Below are positions 48,726 to 60,500 of a stretch of 64,000 bases of DNA, in pieces (the stretch's first letter is position 1; every line of letters starts with the position of its first letter). The stretch is from contig NC_058368.1 in assembly GCF_018350175.1 (NCBI RefSeq), positions 178,252,001 through 178,316,000 on the forward strand. The letters run 5' to 3'. Position numbers and translations under genes: made by a program. This stretch comes from Felis catus (taxonomy: Eukaryota). The notes beneath the pieces were generated by a model. It saw only the letters and a program-made list of their open reading frames with translations, ran no database searches and had not been told where the DNA came from.

Positions 48726-49706
48726 ATGGTGGTCCCTCCCTGCCCACCAGGAACCTTGAGAGTCTGACATCTAATGTCACTCAGACAGGTACACGTGAAA
48801 ACCCGAAGCCTTCTCCCATCCAGCCCTCTGCTTTTTATCTTAGGAGGGCAATGCCTGTGTCCTCTGTGTCTGGCTACCCCAGAGGAGACACAGTAACTTC
48901 AGGCCTTCTCTTCCTGGCCCCGGAAGCTCCCTCTGCACCCTGCCCCCCCCCAAACACCTGGCAGCAGGTATCACAGCTCTTTTCTGCTCTTCATCTCCCA
49001 CGCTCTCTCCTTCTCCCCCACAGCCAGCCAGCTCCCCCATCGCTCACCCCGACAGCCACAAACGCCTATTTATTTGCCAACTAACTTCCTGGTGGTTTAA
49101 TATCCCCTTGAATTACTGTACAATCTCTTTCAAGTTATATTTGATTATTTTTCACATTTAAAAACATGAACACAATTACCCAACAATGGCACGTGCTGTT
49201 ACAGTCAGGAATAAAATAGTATTGCAATACTGTCTATGCATCTTAGACAAGTAGTCCGTCCCTGGAAATTATGTCTCCAGCATGAGCGAGATCTGCAGTG
49301 ATAGGTACCATATAAATGCATATGAGACAATAAATAGTTACAAAGGGGGAGGATGCTGAATAATTAATCCACCCGCCTCTCCAGGAACATTCTTTATAAA
49401 TCTGTTCCAGGCATTCATTTGTTTTTGTTTTTTGCTTTTTTTGTTTTTGTTTTTAGAGAAGCAGATATTTAAAAGTAAAGAATAAGTAATGTCCAGGAAG
49501 GAGAGACATAAAAGGGAAAAAATCAGTGGGAGGGAGACAGAAGATTATAGACGGCGAGGCTTCTAAGACTGCTGTAACATCGACTGGATGGCACTTGTAA
49601 GGAGATGGACGAGGTGAGGACAGAATGGAGTTGCTCCATGGGGAGACAGGATTGGCCTGGGGTCAGAGCTAAGCATTAGATATTCATGCTGGAATAAGCA
49701 GTGAGG

Positions 49707-49922
49707 GGGGCGCCTGGGTGGCTCAGTCGGCTAAGCATCCGACTTCAGCTCAGGTCATGATCTCGCGGTTCGTGGGTTCGAGCCCTGCGTCGGGGTCTGT
49801 GCTGACAGCTCAGAGCCTGGAGCCTATTTCAGATTCTGTCTCCCTCTCTCTGACTCTCCCCTGTTCATGCTCTGTCTCTCTCTTTCTCAAAAATAAATAA
49901 ACGTTAAAAAAAATTAAAAAAA
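49707..49922 (+). mobile_element. CAN-SINE (SINEC_Fc2-like), CpG-rich
   Basis: GGGGCGCCTGGGTGGCTCAGTCGGCTAAGCATCCGACTTCAGCTCAGGTCATGATCTCGCGGTTCGTGGGTTCGAG...AAAAATAAATAAACGTT. Imperfect TSD AATAA(T)GCAGTG. Confidence 0.96.
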
Positions 49923-50400
49923 AATAATGCAGTGGGCTTCTTACCTGGACCCAAGCCTATGTGTAGTTGGAGAAGGAAAAACTCATATGGACACATTTTG
50001 AAAGTTCTAGAACTCTCTCCCCTTCCCTGGATCCAATCCAAACTTGGCTTTGATTTGCATCCCTCTGCTGAAGGGTAGTTACTACCTATCAAGGTGACTT
50101 GTCTTATCTCTGCAGACCCTGACTGTTAGAAAGTTCATCTTCTGGCCCCTAGAGGTGTTTTACTGACCCAGCTTTCCCCAACTGTCCCCACAAGAGCCAA
50201 GAAGAGCCCAAGCCCTTCTGCCCTCCAGATGTATTACAAGAGATCAAGTCCCACCCGCCCTTTCTCCTGGGCCTAAAATTCCCCTGATTGTAGATGCCTT
50301 TGGATTCACAAGTTCCATTTTAAAATGTGCTCCTTGTACCAGTCATTCATACCTTAATGGGAAATATGATTGTCATTCCATCTGTAATTTCAGATCTACA

Positions 50401-50614
50401 TTAAAAAAAAATTTTTTTTAAGGTTTATTTATTTTTGAGAGACAGAGCATGACCATGGGAGGGGCAGAGAAACAGGGAGACACAGAATCCGAAGCAGGCT
50501 CCAGGCTCTGAGCTGTCAGCACAGAGCCCGACGCAGGGCTCAAACCCACAAAACGTGAGATCATGACCTGAGCCAAAATCAGATGCTCAACTGACTGAGC
50601 CACCCAGGCACCCC
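50401..50614 (-). mobile_element. CAN-SINE (SINEC_Fc2-like)
   Basis: Typical body. TSD TCAGATCTACA at 50390-50400 and 50615-50625. Confidence 0.96.
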
Positions 50615-50693
50615 TCAGATCTACAGTCTTCATCAGTTATATGCTTTGCAACTATTTTCTCTCACCCTGTGGCTTGTTTTTTCTTTTTCTTAA

Positions 50694-50886
50694 AAATATT
50701 TTTTTTTAATGTTTATGTATTTTTGATGGGAATCGGGGCAGAGAGAGGGAGACACAGAATCCAAAGCAGGCTCCAGGCTCTGAGCTCTCAGCATAGAGCT
50801 TGATGCGGGGCTCAAACCCACGAACCGCGAGATCATGACCTGAGCTGATGTTGGATGCTTAACCTACTGAGCCAACCAGGCACCCC
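50694..50886 (-). mobile_element. CAN-SINE (SINEC_Fc2-like) inserted in an L1 fragment
   Basis: Typical body. Degenerate TSD ending TTTTCTTAA on both sides. Confidence 0.94.
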
Positions 50887-50954
50887 TGCCTATTCCTTTT
50901 CTTAACAATGTCTCTCAGAACAGAAGTTATAAACTGTAATGAAATCCAATTTGC

Positions 50955-51830
50955 TAATAGAATGATGCTAAAATGTAAAATGGTACAACTACTTTGGAAA
51001 ATCCTATGCTGGCAATTTCTTAAAAAGTTACCCATTCACCTATCATATGATCCAATAATTCTAGTCCTAGGTATTTACTCAAGAAAAATGAAAGCATATG
51101 TCCATATAAAGACTTGTACATGGGTGCACCTGGGTGGCTCAGTCAGTTAAGCGCCTGGATCTTGGTTTTGGCTCAGGTCATGATCTCACGGTTTGTGAGT
51201 TCAAGTCCCGCTGTTGGGCTCTGGGCTAAGTGTGGAGCCTGCTTGAGATTCTCTCTCTCCTTCTTTCTGCCTCTCCTCCACTTGCATTGTCTCTGTCTCT
51301 CTTTAAGTAAATAAATAAACTTAAAAATATATTAAAGACTTGTACATGAATACCATAGTAGCTTCATTTGTAATAGCCCCAAACTGGAAACAACCTAATT
51401 GTCCATCAACAGGTGGATGGATGAACAAACTGTGGCATATCCATACAATGGAATACTATGATACTACTTAGCAATACAAAGGAATGAAGGAACAAATGTA
51501 TACAACAATATGAATGGATTTCAGAATAATCATGTTGGGTGAAAGAAGCCAGATAAGAAAGAATACATATTGTACGATTCAAAAATGCAACTAGTGACAG
51601 GAAGTGGATCAGTGTTTGCCTTGAGGTGGGGGATGGCAGGATGGGCACGATGGAAGGGGGGGATTAAAAGGGGCATTGGGGAAATTTTGGGGCATGATGG
51701 CTAAATTCATATCTTGATTGTGGTGGTTTCATAAGTGTCGCCATATATCAAAAACTAATAACATTTTATCCCTTGAACGTGTATAATTTCTTGTATTTCA
51801 ACTATATATCAATATATGTTTTTTTTAAAT
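50955..51830 (+). mobile_element. Old L1 (L1MB/L1ME-like) ORF2 C-terminus and 3' UTR
   Basis: Translation CKMVQLLWKILCWQFLKKLPIHLSYDPIILVLGIYSRKMKAYVHIKTCT matches L1 ORF2p CKLVQPLWKSVWRFL...PFDPAIPLLGIYP...KDTCT. Followed by a typical 3' UTR (GTGGCATATCCATACAATGGAATACTA). Confidence 0.9.
51123..51332 (+). mobile_element. CAN-SINE (SINEC_Fc3-like) inserted in L1
   Basis: Perfect 16-bp TSD TAAAGACTTGTACATG at 51107-51122 and 51333-51348. Confidence 0.95.
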
Positions 51831-53834
51831 AGATTTGAACCTTTACATGAAAGTATTTCCAATTTATAACCCTTGGCAATGCTTCTTAAAATTCCCTTTT
51901 CTTTCCTCTCTGATTTTCTTCCTTCTTTCAAATGCTTGGGACTCTCACTCTGTAAAGCAGAAAGCTCTCCAGGGCATGAATCCTCTGTGACTCTTCTGGC
52001 TCTTTCCCTTACTCACCCCTAGCTCCTCTTAACATGATCACTTGTGCCTCTCTGGCTTTTCCAGTATTCTTTCCTTCCATGGGTCCCTTCCCTGAATCTT
52101 CATGACAAAGGCAGGACAAAGGATTGCCTCACCTTCCTCCCATTTCCCTGGTTTCATTACACAAGCCCAGGTATCTGCCCAGTTAGGACAGGATTGTGCT
52201 GGAATGGAGGCATTGGGTGGAAAACAGGGCAGGGCTCCTACAAACCTAAAAAGTACCTTTGTGTGAATTAGAAAATGATGCTCCCTCTGGGTAGATGAAT
52301 GAAAAACATGCCCCCTACTGAGTAGGGCCAGACTTGTAGGCACCGGGTTTGGGGAACAGATGGCACCACTGTGTGAAGTAAAAGGTGCCCCCTTTCTCTG
52401 GATAGACATTGCCCTATACCAGGGCACATGGCTTAGGGAGCAGAGCAAAGCTGGATTTCAGATGCCACTCAACCTCTCAAGATCTTTTGTTTGGTTGCAC
52501 CCTCTAAGCAACAGACCATGGCAGCCCTGGAAGAGAAGAGACTTTGCTAGCTGGCAAAGCCAAATATACTCAACGGGAGGGGAAGTTGAGGATACCACTT
52601 GATAATAAATCTTGTCCCTGCATGTATTTGTATTTGTATTTTCCGTAAAATGAATGTATTCACTCAACTCTTAAGGAACATTTAAGTGGTATCCAGTTTT
52701 TTCTGTTGTAAATGGTCCAGCAACAAGCAGAATCACAGGTGTCTTGAGGAACTTGTTCAAGAGTTTCTCTAGGGTGAATACTTCATTGTGGCAACTAGCA
52801 GTTGTGAAAATGTACCTCTCTGTGTCATAGTCTACACTTTTCTGACTACTAATGACGTTTAGCAACTTTGCATAAATTGTGGGCCTTTGAATAATTTCTC
52901 TTCCTTGAAATTCCTTTTTACATCTTTTGCCCATTTTTTATGTTGGGATGTTTGTCTTCTCAACGTAGTTCATAGGCCATGTTTATAGGAAACTAGTCTT
53001 CTGTTGATTTTATGTGTGGGGAATATTTTCTCCCCTGCCATGGTTTGTCCTTTACCCTCTTTTGAAAAGTGTCTTGGTGCACAGGGCTTTTAATTTTAAT
53101 GAGGTCAATGTACTCATCTTTTCCTTTTTGGTTGATACTTTTCGTATCTCATTGAAGAAATTCTTCTCTAATCCGAGGCCATAAATGTATTTTCCTATAT
53201 TGTCTTCTGAAAGTATTATCATTTCTCTTTTCACATTTAGGTATTTAATCCCCCTGGAATTGACTTTTACGTGGGGTGGGAAGGAGGAGTTCGATTTCAT
53301 TTTTTTCCATCATAGATGACCACTAGTCCCAGCACAGTCAAGTCCATCACCCTCTCCACTGCTCAGCAGGCCACCCCTGCCACACGCAAGCATCTCCACT
53401 TGTGTGAGTCTTCTGAGCTCTCCACCGGTCGACTTGCTTACTCTTGCACAGCCCCACCGTCCTCACTGCTCCTGCTTTATCCTGAGTCTTAGGAGTAGGT
53501 TCAATCGGTCCTCCCATCTTGTTCCTCTCCTTCAAAAGTGTCCACATTCTTGGTCATTTGCATTTCCATAAACATTTAAGGAGCAGCTCTTAAAGTTCCC
53601 CAAATGTTGCAATTTGATCAGAAATGAATCACATTCGTAGTTCATTTTGGGACAAATGGACATCTTTACCATGCTGGGTTTTCCAATCCAGGACCACGGC
53701 ATACTATCTCCATCTATATAGGTTTTCTTTAATGCCTTCAATCAAGGTTTGGAAATTCCTCCACAAATGTCTTGCACCACTTTGGTGAGATTATTCCTAC
53801 ATATTTTATATGTTTAATATTATTTTAAGTGGTA

Positions 53835-54075
53835 CAGCAAAACCTTGGATTGCTAGTAACTTGTTCTGCCAGTGTTCCACAAGACGAGCAAACATTTCTA
53901 ATAAATTTTAACTTGATAAATGAGCGACATCTTGCAATATGAATAGTAGATGATGCTGAATGTCACATGATCACAACAGAGCCAATGGTTCTTGAAATTC
54001 ACTTTGATATAAAAGTGCTTTGAAGTACAAGCATGTTCCCAGAATGAATTATGCTCACAAACCAAGGTTTTACTG
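53835..54075. mobile_element. Non-autonomous Tc1/mariner (Tigger/pogo-like) MITE, 241 bp
   Basis: Terminal inverted repeats CAGCAAAACCTTGGATTG versus reverse CAGTAAAACCTTGGTTTG, flanked by TA at 53833-53834 and 54076-54077. Confidence 0.88.
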
Positions 54076-54096
54076 TATATTAAAAATTGTTTTCTA

Positions 54097-54313
54097 GGGG
54101 CGCCTGGGTGGCACAGTCGGTTAAGCGTCCGACTTCAGCCAGGTCACGATCTCGCGTTCCGGGAGTTCGAGCCCCGCGTCGGGCTCTAGGCTGATGGCTC
54201 GGAGCCTGGAGCCTGTTTCCGATTCTGTGTCTCCCTCTCTCTCTGCCCCTCCCCCGTTCGTGCTCTGTCTCTCTCTGTCCCAAAAATAAATAAACGTTGA
54301 AAAAAAATTAAAA
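54097..54313 (+). mobile_element. Very young feline CAN-SINE (SINEC_Fc)
   Basis: Most CpGs intact (GTTAAGCGTCCGACTTCAGCCAGGTCACGATCTCGCG...CCCCGCGTCGGG). Perfect 15-bp TSD AAAAATTGTTTTCTA at 54082-54096 and 54314-54328. Confidence 0.98.
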
Positions 54314-55094
54314 AAAAATTGTTTTCTATCTTTTTATTTCTGGTGTTTGTTTTTTCATTGATTTTTATCCAGAAACCTACTGAATATTGAAATTCTATTA
54401 ACATATCTTAGATTATTTGAATTTAGGCAAACATATCTTCCATAACCAAGTTTTTTTTTTGAATGCTAACCCATTATATTTATTTTTTTCACTTTCCTGT
54501 GCTAGCTTGGATTTCTAAAACCATGCTTTAAAGGGAGTGATGTCAATGTCCCCAAACCTGAAGGGAATACTTTCAATAATTCTTCCCTAAGTGTGATGTT
54601 TGCTGTAGGCTTGTTGTAGATATCCTTTATCAGGCTAAAGAATTTCTTTCTATTCCTGGTTTGCTATGTTTAAAAATATAATAGATGGATGGCAGATTTT
54701 ATCAAATGCTTTCACTTCATCTGTTGATGAGAATATGATTTTTGTCCTTTGTTAATGTAAATATCTTGAAGTGAATTTCTAATATTAAACCAACCCTGCA
54801 TTTCTGAGACTCAACTTTTTTATGTTGCTGGATTCAGTTTGCTAGTATTTTGTTGAAGATTTCAAAAAATTCTGTATCTCTACATGAGTGATATGAGCTT
54901 TTAACTTTCCTCTCTCTGTCAGGATTTGATGTTAGGGTTATATTAGGTTCATAATGAGTTGGAGAGTGTTCCTTCTTAAAAGTTTCCTTGAATATTCATT
55001 ACAGTCTACTGGTAAAGGTGTCTGGACCTGAAGTTTTTTGTTGAGAAAAGGTGTGTTTCAACTGATAATATCTTTAAATTTTCAGTTTCTTTTT

Positions 55095-55315
55095 AAAAAA
55101 AATTTTTTTTAACGTTCATTTATTTTTGAGACAGAGAGAGACAGAGCATGAATGAATGGGGGAGGGTCAGAGAGAGGGAGACACAGAATCCGAAGCAGGC
55201 TCCAGGCTCTGAGCTGTCAGCACAGAGCCTGATGCGGGGCTTGAACCCACGAACTGCTAGATCAAGACCTGAGCCGAAGTTGAAGACTTAATGGACTGAG
55301 CCACCCAGGCACCCC
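55095..55315 (-). mobile_element. CAN-SINE (SINEC_Fc2-like) with no visible TSD
   Basis: Full SINEC body ending GAGCCACCCAGGCACCCC. Left and right flanks do not match each other. Confidence 0.94.
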
Positions 55316-56762
55316 TGGCAAGTGTTTATTTTTATAAAAAATTTTGTATTTTCTACTGGTTTTCTAATTTATTTCAAGGAGGTTGTTTAGAATATCCTCT
55401 TAAATCTTTGAAGGTCTTCAACATCTGCAGATAATACTTCTTTCTCATTCCTGATATTTATTTATGTCTTCTCTGTTTTTCTTGATAAATCTTGACAAAC
55501 AAGTTTATTATTTACAAAAATTAATTTCTGCTCTTATCTTTATTAGTTCCTTTTATCTACTTTCTTTAGATTTATTCTGTTCTTTTTCCAATATGTCAGG
55601 TTGCATACTTCATTCATTAATTTTCAGCCTTCATTTCTTGTACAAGCATTTAAGTCTTCCAGGCCAAGCTGCACCGGGCTTGCAGACTGTCCTGAGGCCT
55701 AAGAGGTGCCCTGCCTCATCTCTGGGCCCCTGATTCACCACGCTCACTGCAGCAGAGGCTTCGAATGAACTGCTGGTAACCTGACCAGGGTGGCAATGGA
55801 GGCCTAAGAGTCAGCTGGACCTCGGATTCTAGCTGGCACCCTCACTGAGGGACCCAAGTCTTTCGAGGCCCCTCCACTCTCAGTCACCTTGAATTCTTCT
55901 CCACCTCTCTTGTTCCCAACTGCTATTGGGACACCCATCATTTCCCCCTGGGCATTTACTCTGGGACCTGCTTGGGTGCTGGGGATGTGGACACAAATCA
56001 GAAACGGGTTTTGGGGAGACAGGCAGGCAATCATGCTCAATCATCACTCAGCTCAGTCCCTCCTCCCCATATCCCTGAACTGACCCAATAGTCTTGACTC
56101 TGCCTCTGGCCCCTCTGTTCTGCTGCTCTCACCTAGAGAAGTCAAACTGATGCTCACAGATGTCAACACATTCAATCCCTGTTCAAAAGTCTACTGTGGT
56201 TTGATGGCTGACCACCACAGGCACTTGTCTGGCCACTCCATGACGGCAAGGACCTTGTCCCTTGTGGACACCATTAAATCAGAGTCTGGCTTTGGGTAGG
56301 TATGTGGTAAATATTTGTAGAAAGAATGGGAGAAAGGTGCCATTTAAGGTCCTTCATAATCTGGCCTCACTTTACTCTTCTTAAGACTTTTTACCTGCCC
56401 TGCACCCAGACTTCTCCATGGGGACAGAGAGACAACAACTCTGCTCTGGGTTAGCCCTGCCAGGCAGAGGTCAGCGCCGATGAGAAGGGTAATGCTCAGA
56501 GAAGTTCAGCAATCCATCCAGTGGGGCTGGTGAGTAAAAGCCTGAACACGCATAACTCTCTTGTAGGCATCACCTCGCTTTATCCCCAGAACAACTCTGA
56601 GAGGGGCCACTAATGTCCCATTCCAGATGAAGGCATTAGGTCCAGGTGGCTGAAGGCCTGGCTCACAGCCTCCCAGCTGGCTGGGATCTGAGCCCAAAAT
56701 CGGACTGTAATTCCTCTGCCTCCTACCTGACCACCTTTTCCTACTACAGGGTGGGAGGTGAA

Positions 56763-56800
56763 GAAGCCACAAAAGCCACACAAGCCACACAAGCCACACA
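56763..56800. repeat. Short tandem repeat of AAGCCACAC(A)-type 10-mers
   Basis: GAAGCCACAAAAGCCACACAAGCCACACAAGCCACACA. Confidence 0.85.
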
Positions 56801-57124
56801 CGGGAGATAGTTAAATAGGCAGGGCCCCTGTCCTAGAAAGAACGGGATCTCAGGGAAAACTCACCGTGGCCGTGAATAGTGTGTTTTGTTCTTAATCAGG
56901 GGAAAGCGAGTCCCACTTCCTGGGCATCAGTTACACATCAGACCCCAGGGATATAGTGATGGCACACCATCACTATAGTCATCACTAAAGTCCCGACTTT
57001 AGGAGTCTCTGAGTCCAGGGGAGTGAAGGTGTCAGACCAGACAACTCCCCCCCAAGCAGCAGAGCCACTGGGACCCAGCACATGGCAGAGCAGTGAGGAA
57101 ATGCCAAGTCAGAAGACTTGGGAT

Positions 57125-57544
57125 TGGAACTTCCTATAGCCGTTGTAACAAATGACCACCATCTTGACAGCTTAAAAAAACAAAAATTATTCTCTTATGG
57201 TTCTGGAGCCAGAAGTCTGAAATCAGTTTTCCTGGGTTGAAGTCCTGGCTCCCTGGAGGTCTGGGGAGAACTGGTTTCCTTGCCGCTTCTAGCTGCTAGC
57301 TTCCTTGGCTGTGACCCCGTCCTGGCCCCGTGCCAACCTCTGCTCCCGTGGTCATGTCTCCCTCTCTCTCTAACTTCCTTCTGCCTCCCTCTTCCAAGGA
57401 CACTTGTGACTGGACCCACCCAGCTAACCCAACACCCTCTCCCCATCTCAAGATCCTGAACTTAATGACACCGGCAAGGTCCCTTTTGTCGTATCAGGGA
57501 ACATCCACAGCTTTCATTCTGGGCATCATTATTCAGCCCACCAA
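57125..57544 (-). mobile_element. MaLR solo LTR (MLT1D-like) splitting a MIR
   Basis: TTCCTATAGCCGTTGTAACAAATGACCAC...GTTCTGGAGCCAGAAGTCTGAAATCAG...CCCCATCTCAAGATCCTGAACTTAAT...ATTATTCAGCCCACCA. MIR halves lie at about 57075-57125 and 57560-57710. Confidence 0.88.
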
Positions 57545-60500
57545 GCTTAGATCATTCGCTTTTTAGCTGGTTGGTCCTGGGTAGGTCACTTGGTCTCTCA
57601 GAGACTCAGTTTCCCCCCATATCAGTGCGGATGATAATTCCAACTGCAAGGAGGTTGTGGGTTTATAGTTTAAGTGGAATGATGTGAGCAAGTCACATTG
57701 CATTTCATGGGGTGCTGATTTTAATCGCTGCGCTAGAATGCCCTTTGCTCAGATCTGCCTGCAGCCCGTGGCCCTGCCCTGGCTAGGTTTGATGCAGACA
57801 CAGGAAAACAAGTTCTAAAACAAAATAGGGGAGGGGGGACTTGAAGTACGTTCCCTTTGGAATTTCCCCTCATCCAACCTTTACACCTGGCCGTGGGGCA
57901 GGGGAGCACTGTGGGGCCCGACGCTTCACTTCGATGGCCATACGTGGAAAGCAGGATTGGAGGCCCCTGTCCCATGTTTATTCAGTGTGTGAGGACACTC
58001 TAATGACAGGGTGCACACTGGGAGAGGGGCAAGTGGAGCATTCCAGCTGCTTCCAGAAGCTTTGAAGGTCTGTGACTCCAGAGATGAGTGTCAAGTTCCT
58101 GGCACTGTGTGCACACAGTCGGTGCTCAATACATGCAGGCTCCCTCTCCTTTGTCTTTTAGGTGCCCCACAGTTCTTGAGGGCCCCTCTGGGGCTCTTAA
58201 CGCCCTTTCTCTTTGGTCTAGAAAGCCATGAGGGGTGGCAAAGGCATTAGCTAGGGTTCTCCTGAAGCACTGCTGCCTCCTGACCGGTGGTCCGGGGCAG
58301 TGGCTGAGCTGCCCGGTGCTCGGTTCCAACCTGCTTCCGCAGGAGAGAGGCTTCAGACACCCCCAGGCCACGGCAATAAATGCTGGCAGCTAACCTGGGA
58401 GTCTTGCCCCTTTACCCTTTTCAGGGGTATTTGCAGTCTCCGGGGTGGGGGAAGGGGTGAAGACTCTGCCAGAGGGAGGACAGTCCGGGAGGGACTCTTC
58501 AGGCACAGGGGAAGGTGGAGACATCTGGGGCACTGGGGGCTGTGGAACTCAGTGGCATGCCCTAAGGACCTGGGAGTTGCCTCTTATATGGGCGCCCTTG
58601 CCTGATATGATGGGCACAAATAATCATTCATCCCCACTTTCCAGATAGGAGAGGTTCGGGCAGGTTGGAGTGGGGCGGGGGTGGCAGATGTGGCTTGGAG
58701 GAGGAGGGTCTGTGCATCGGGTGGGGACTGGGACCTGCAAGAGGTGACACTTGGGTGCCTTCTCTCTGCCTCTCACAGTGTTTTGTCCCCCGGCCTCCAT
58801 TAAGAGCTTTTCGTCTTAGTCCTAACAATCACCAGACCCACGGATCACCTTACAATTATTTTAAAAGAGACCTTTAAAGTGTTTAAAAATGAACTACCCT
58901 TATGCTCACAGGGCTTTTGTGGGCATCAGACCAGAGAATGTATGAGAGCCCTGAGGCATCGCCTCCCCCCCCACCACCCCCGGCCTCTGGTAGGAGATGT
59001 TGGGCACTTCAGTTACCTCCTCCCTCCCTCTCTGCAGGACCCTGGGCTTCTGAGCCCTTTCTCCAAAGGCCTCATTTATGCCAGAAGGATTCTGTGCTGG
59101 GGAGAATGGAATGGTTGTTGAGCAACAACATTTCATCAATTTGATTTTGGGAAAACAAAGCCAATTGGAAGGCTAAAACATCCCCAAGAAATGATGTTGC
59201 TTTGGGGGCCCAAGTCCAGGCTGCAGCCCAGGGGAGCAGGACTCCCCCATCCCAGTCACAGGAGGATCCAGGGTCTGGGATGAGGGGGTACGGGCATGGG
59301 GTATGTCCTGGGGAGAGACCCATGGATGTCCCCGATCTCAGGGACATTTCACTTGTCAGAGAGGGCAGCCTCGTGCCAAACCCTGCATTTCCTGCCTCAG
59401 ACTCACTTTCTTAAAGCTGGGGGTATGAAGGCAGTTCTCTGTCCCTTCATCCCATATTCCCATGGATACAGGGTCCAGGAGCAGCCGCCCCAAAGCACCT
59501 CAGGAAAAATCATTTGCAAGCCCTTTAGCGCCTATTCTTAAAGCACCCTGGGGACAGTAATTTGTATATCCCTGCCATGTCCCATTCCCTTAAACTCCAG
59601 AGGAAAACAATTTGCATAGCACTTGGGGGAAAATGTCCCGAAAGTCTTTCCAGGTGAGAGAAGGTCCTGTCCAGATGACCCTGTCCACAATAGGGTCCTG
59701 AAACCACAGAGAAGGTAAAGAGGGTCAGGAGGAAGAGTAGCTCCCAGCTCCTGGGGCTACACACACAGACACATGCTCCCTGTGCTGCCCTCACAGGTGC
59801 CTCCATGAGCCATTGATGTTTAGGTGCCATAAATCAATTGTTGCTTCAGAAACCTGGCCTCATGGAGACCTTACAATCCAACCTTCTCACACACACACAG
59901 GTTACTGGAGTATAGAACTCTTTCCCACGGGCTAGAACCTTGATGTGAGGTGATGGGTGAGAGACAGTGATGGGAAGAGACATAGAACCGGGGGTGGGTG
60001 ACATGTCTCGTGGGATGCCGTGAGTTTGGAAAAATGGCCGAGGCTGCATGCCACCAAGGACGAGGGTCTTCTGGAGCATCCACGCAGGACTGACGAGATC
60101 CCAGAGAGCTCCCTGCACCCCTCCGTTCCATGCCAGTAGATCTCAGCCGTTCGAAGCTGCCAGAGGAAGCTCTTCAGAGCCGATGTCTTAGGTCACAGGG
60201 AGACGCCCCCCTTGGAGCAAGCAGCCCAGTGCAAGCCGCATGCACAGACAACTGGGCCAGATCCTGGCCCGACGGTACCTGAAAGCCACCGTCACCTCTG
60301 TCACCCCCAATCAAGGCTAAGCAGTCAAGGCTGAGGGCCCTCAGTGGGACCCCGAAGTCTGGCATCCTCTTTTCCAGACCCAGAGACGTCTCCCTTGGGA
60401 CAGGAGAGGTCTGCACACTGAAGGCTACCCCAGCTGAGAACTGAGATGCAATGAATCAATCATGTCTTACTGTGGCCGCTTTTGCTCCCAAACTGCCAAC

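Larger units (their letters stand above)
52640..55650 (-). mobile_element. Degenerate ancient L1 (L1ME-like) ORF2 region carrying three nested insertions
   Basis: Minus ORF 53532-53741 (MPWSWIGKPSMVKMSICPK) resembles ORF2p IPCSWVGRINIVKMAILPK. Minus ORF 53052-53300 (KVNSRGIKYLNVKREMIILSEDNIG) resembles [25 protein letters not shown]. Many stops and frameshifts. Confidence 0.9.

Noticed and set aside
53052..53741. ORFs with similarity to LINE-1 ORF2p
   Set aside because: The homology is real, but these are fragments of a dead L1 with stops and frameshifts. Reported as a mobile element, not a CDS.
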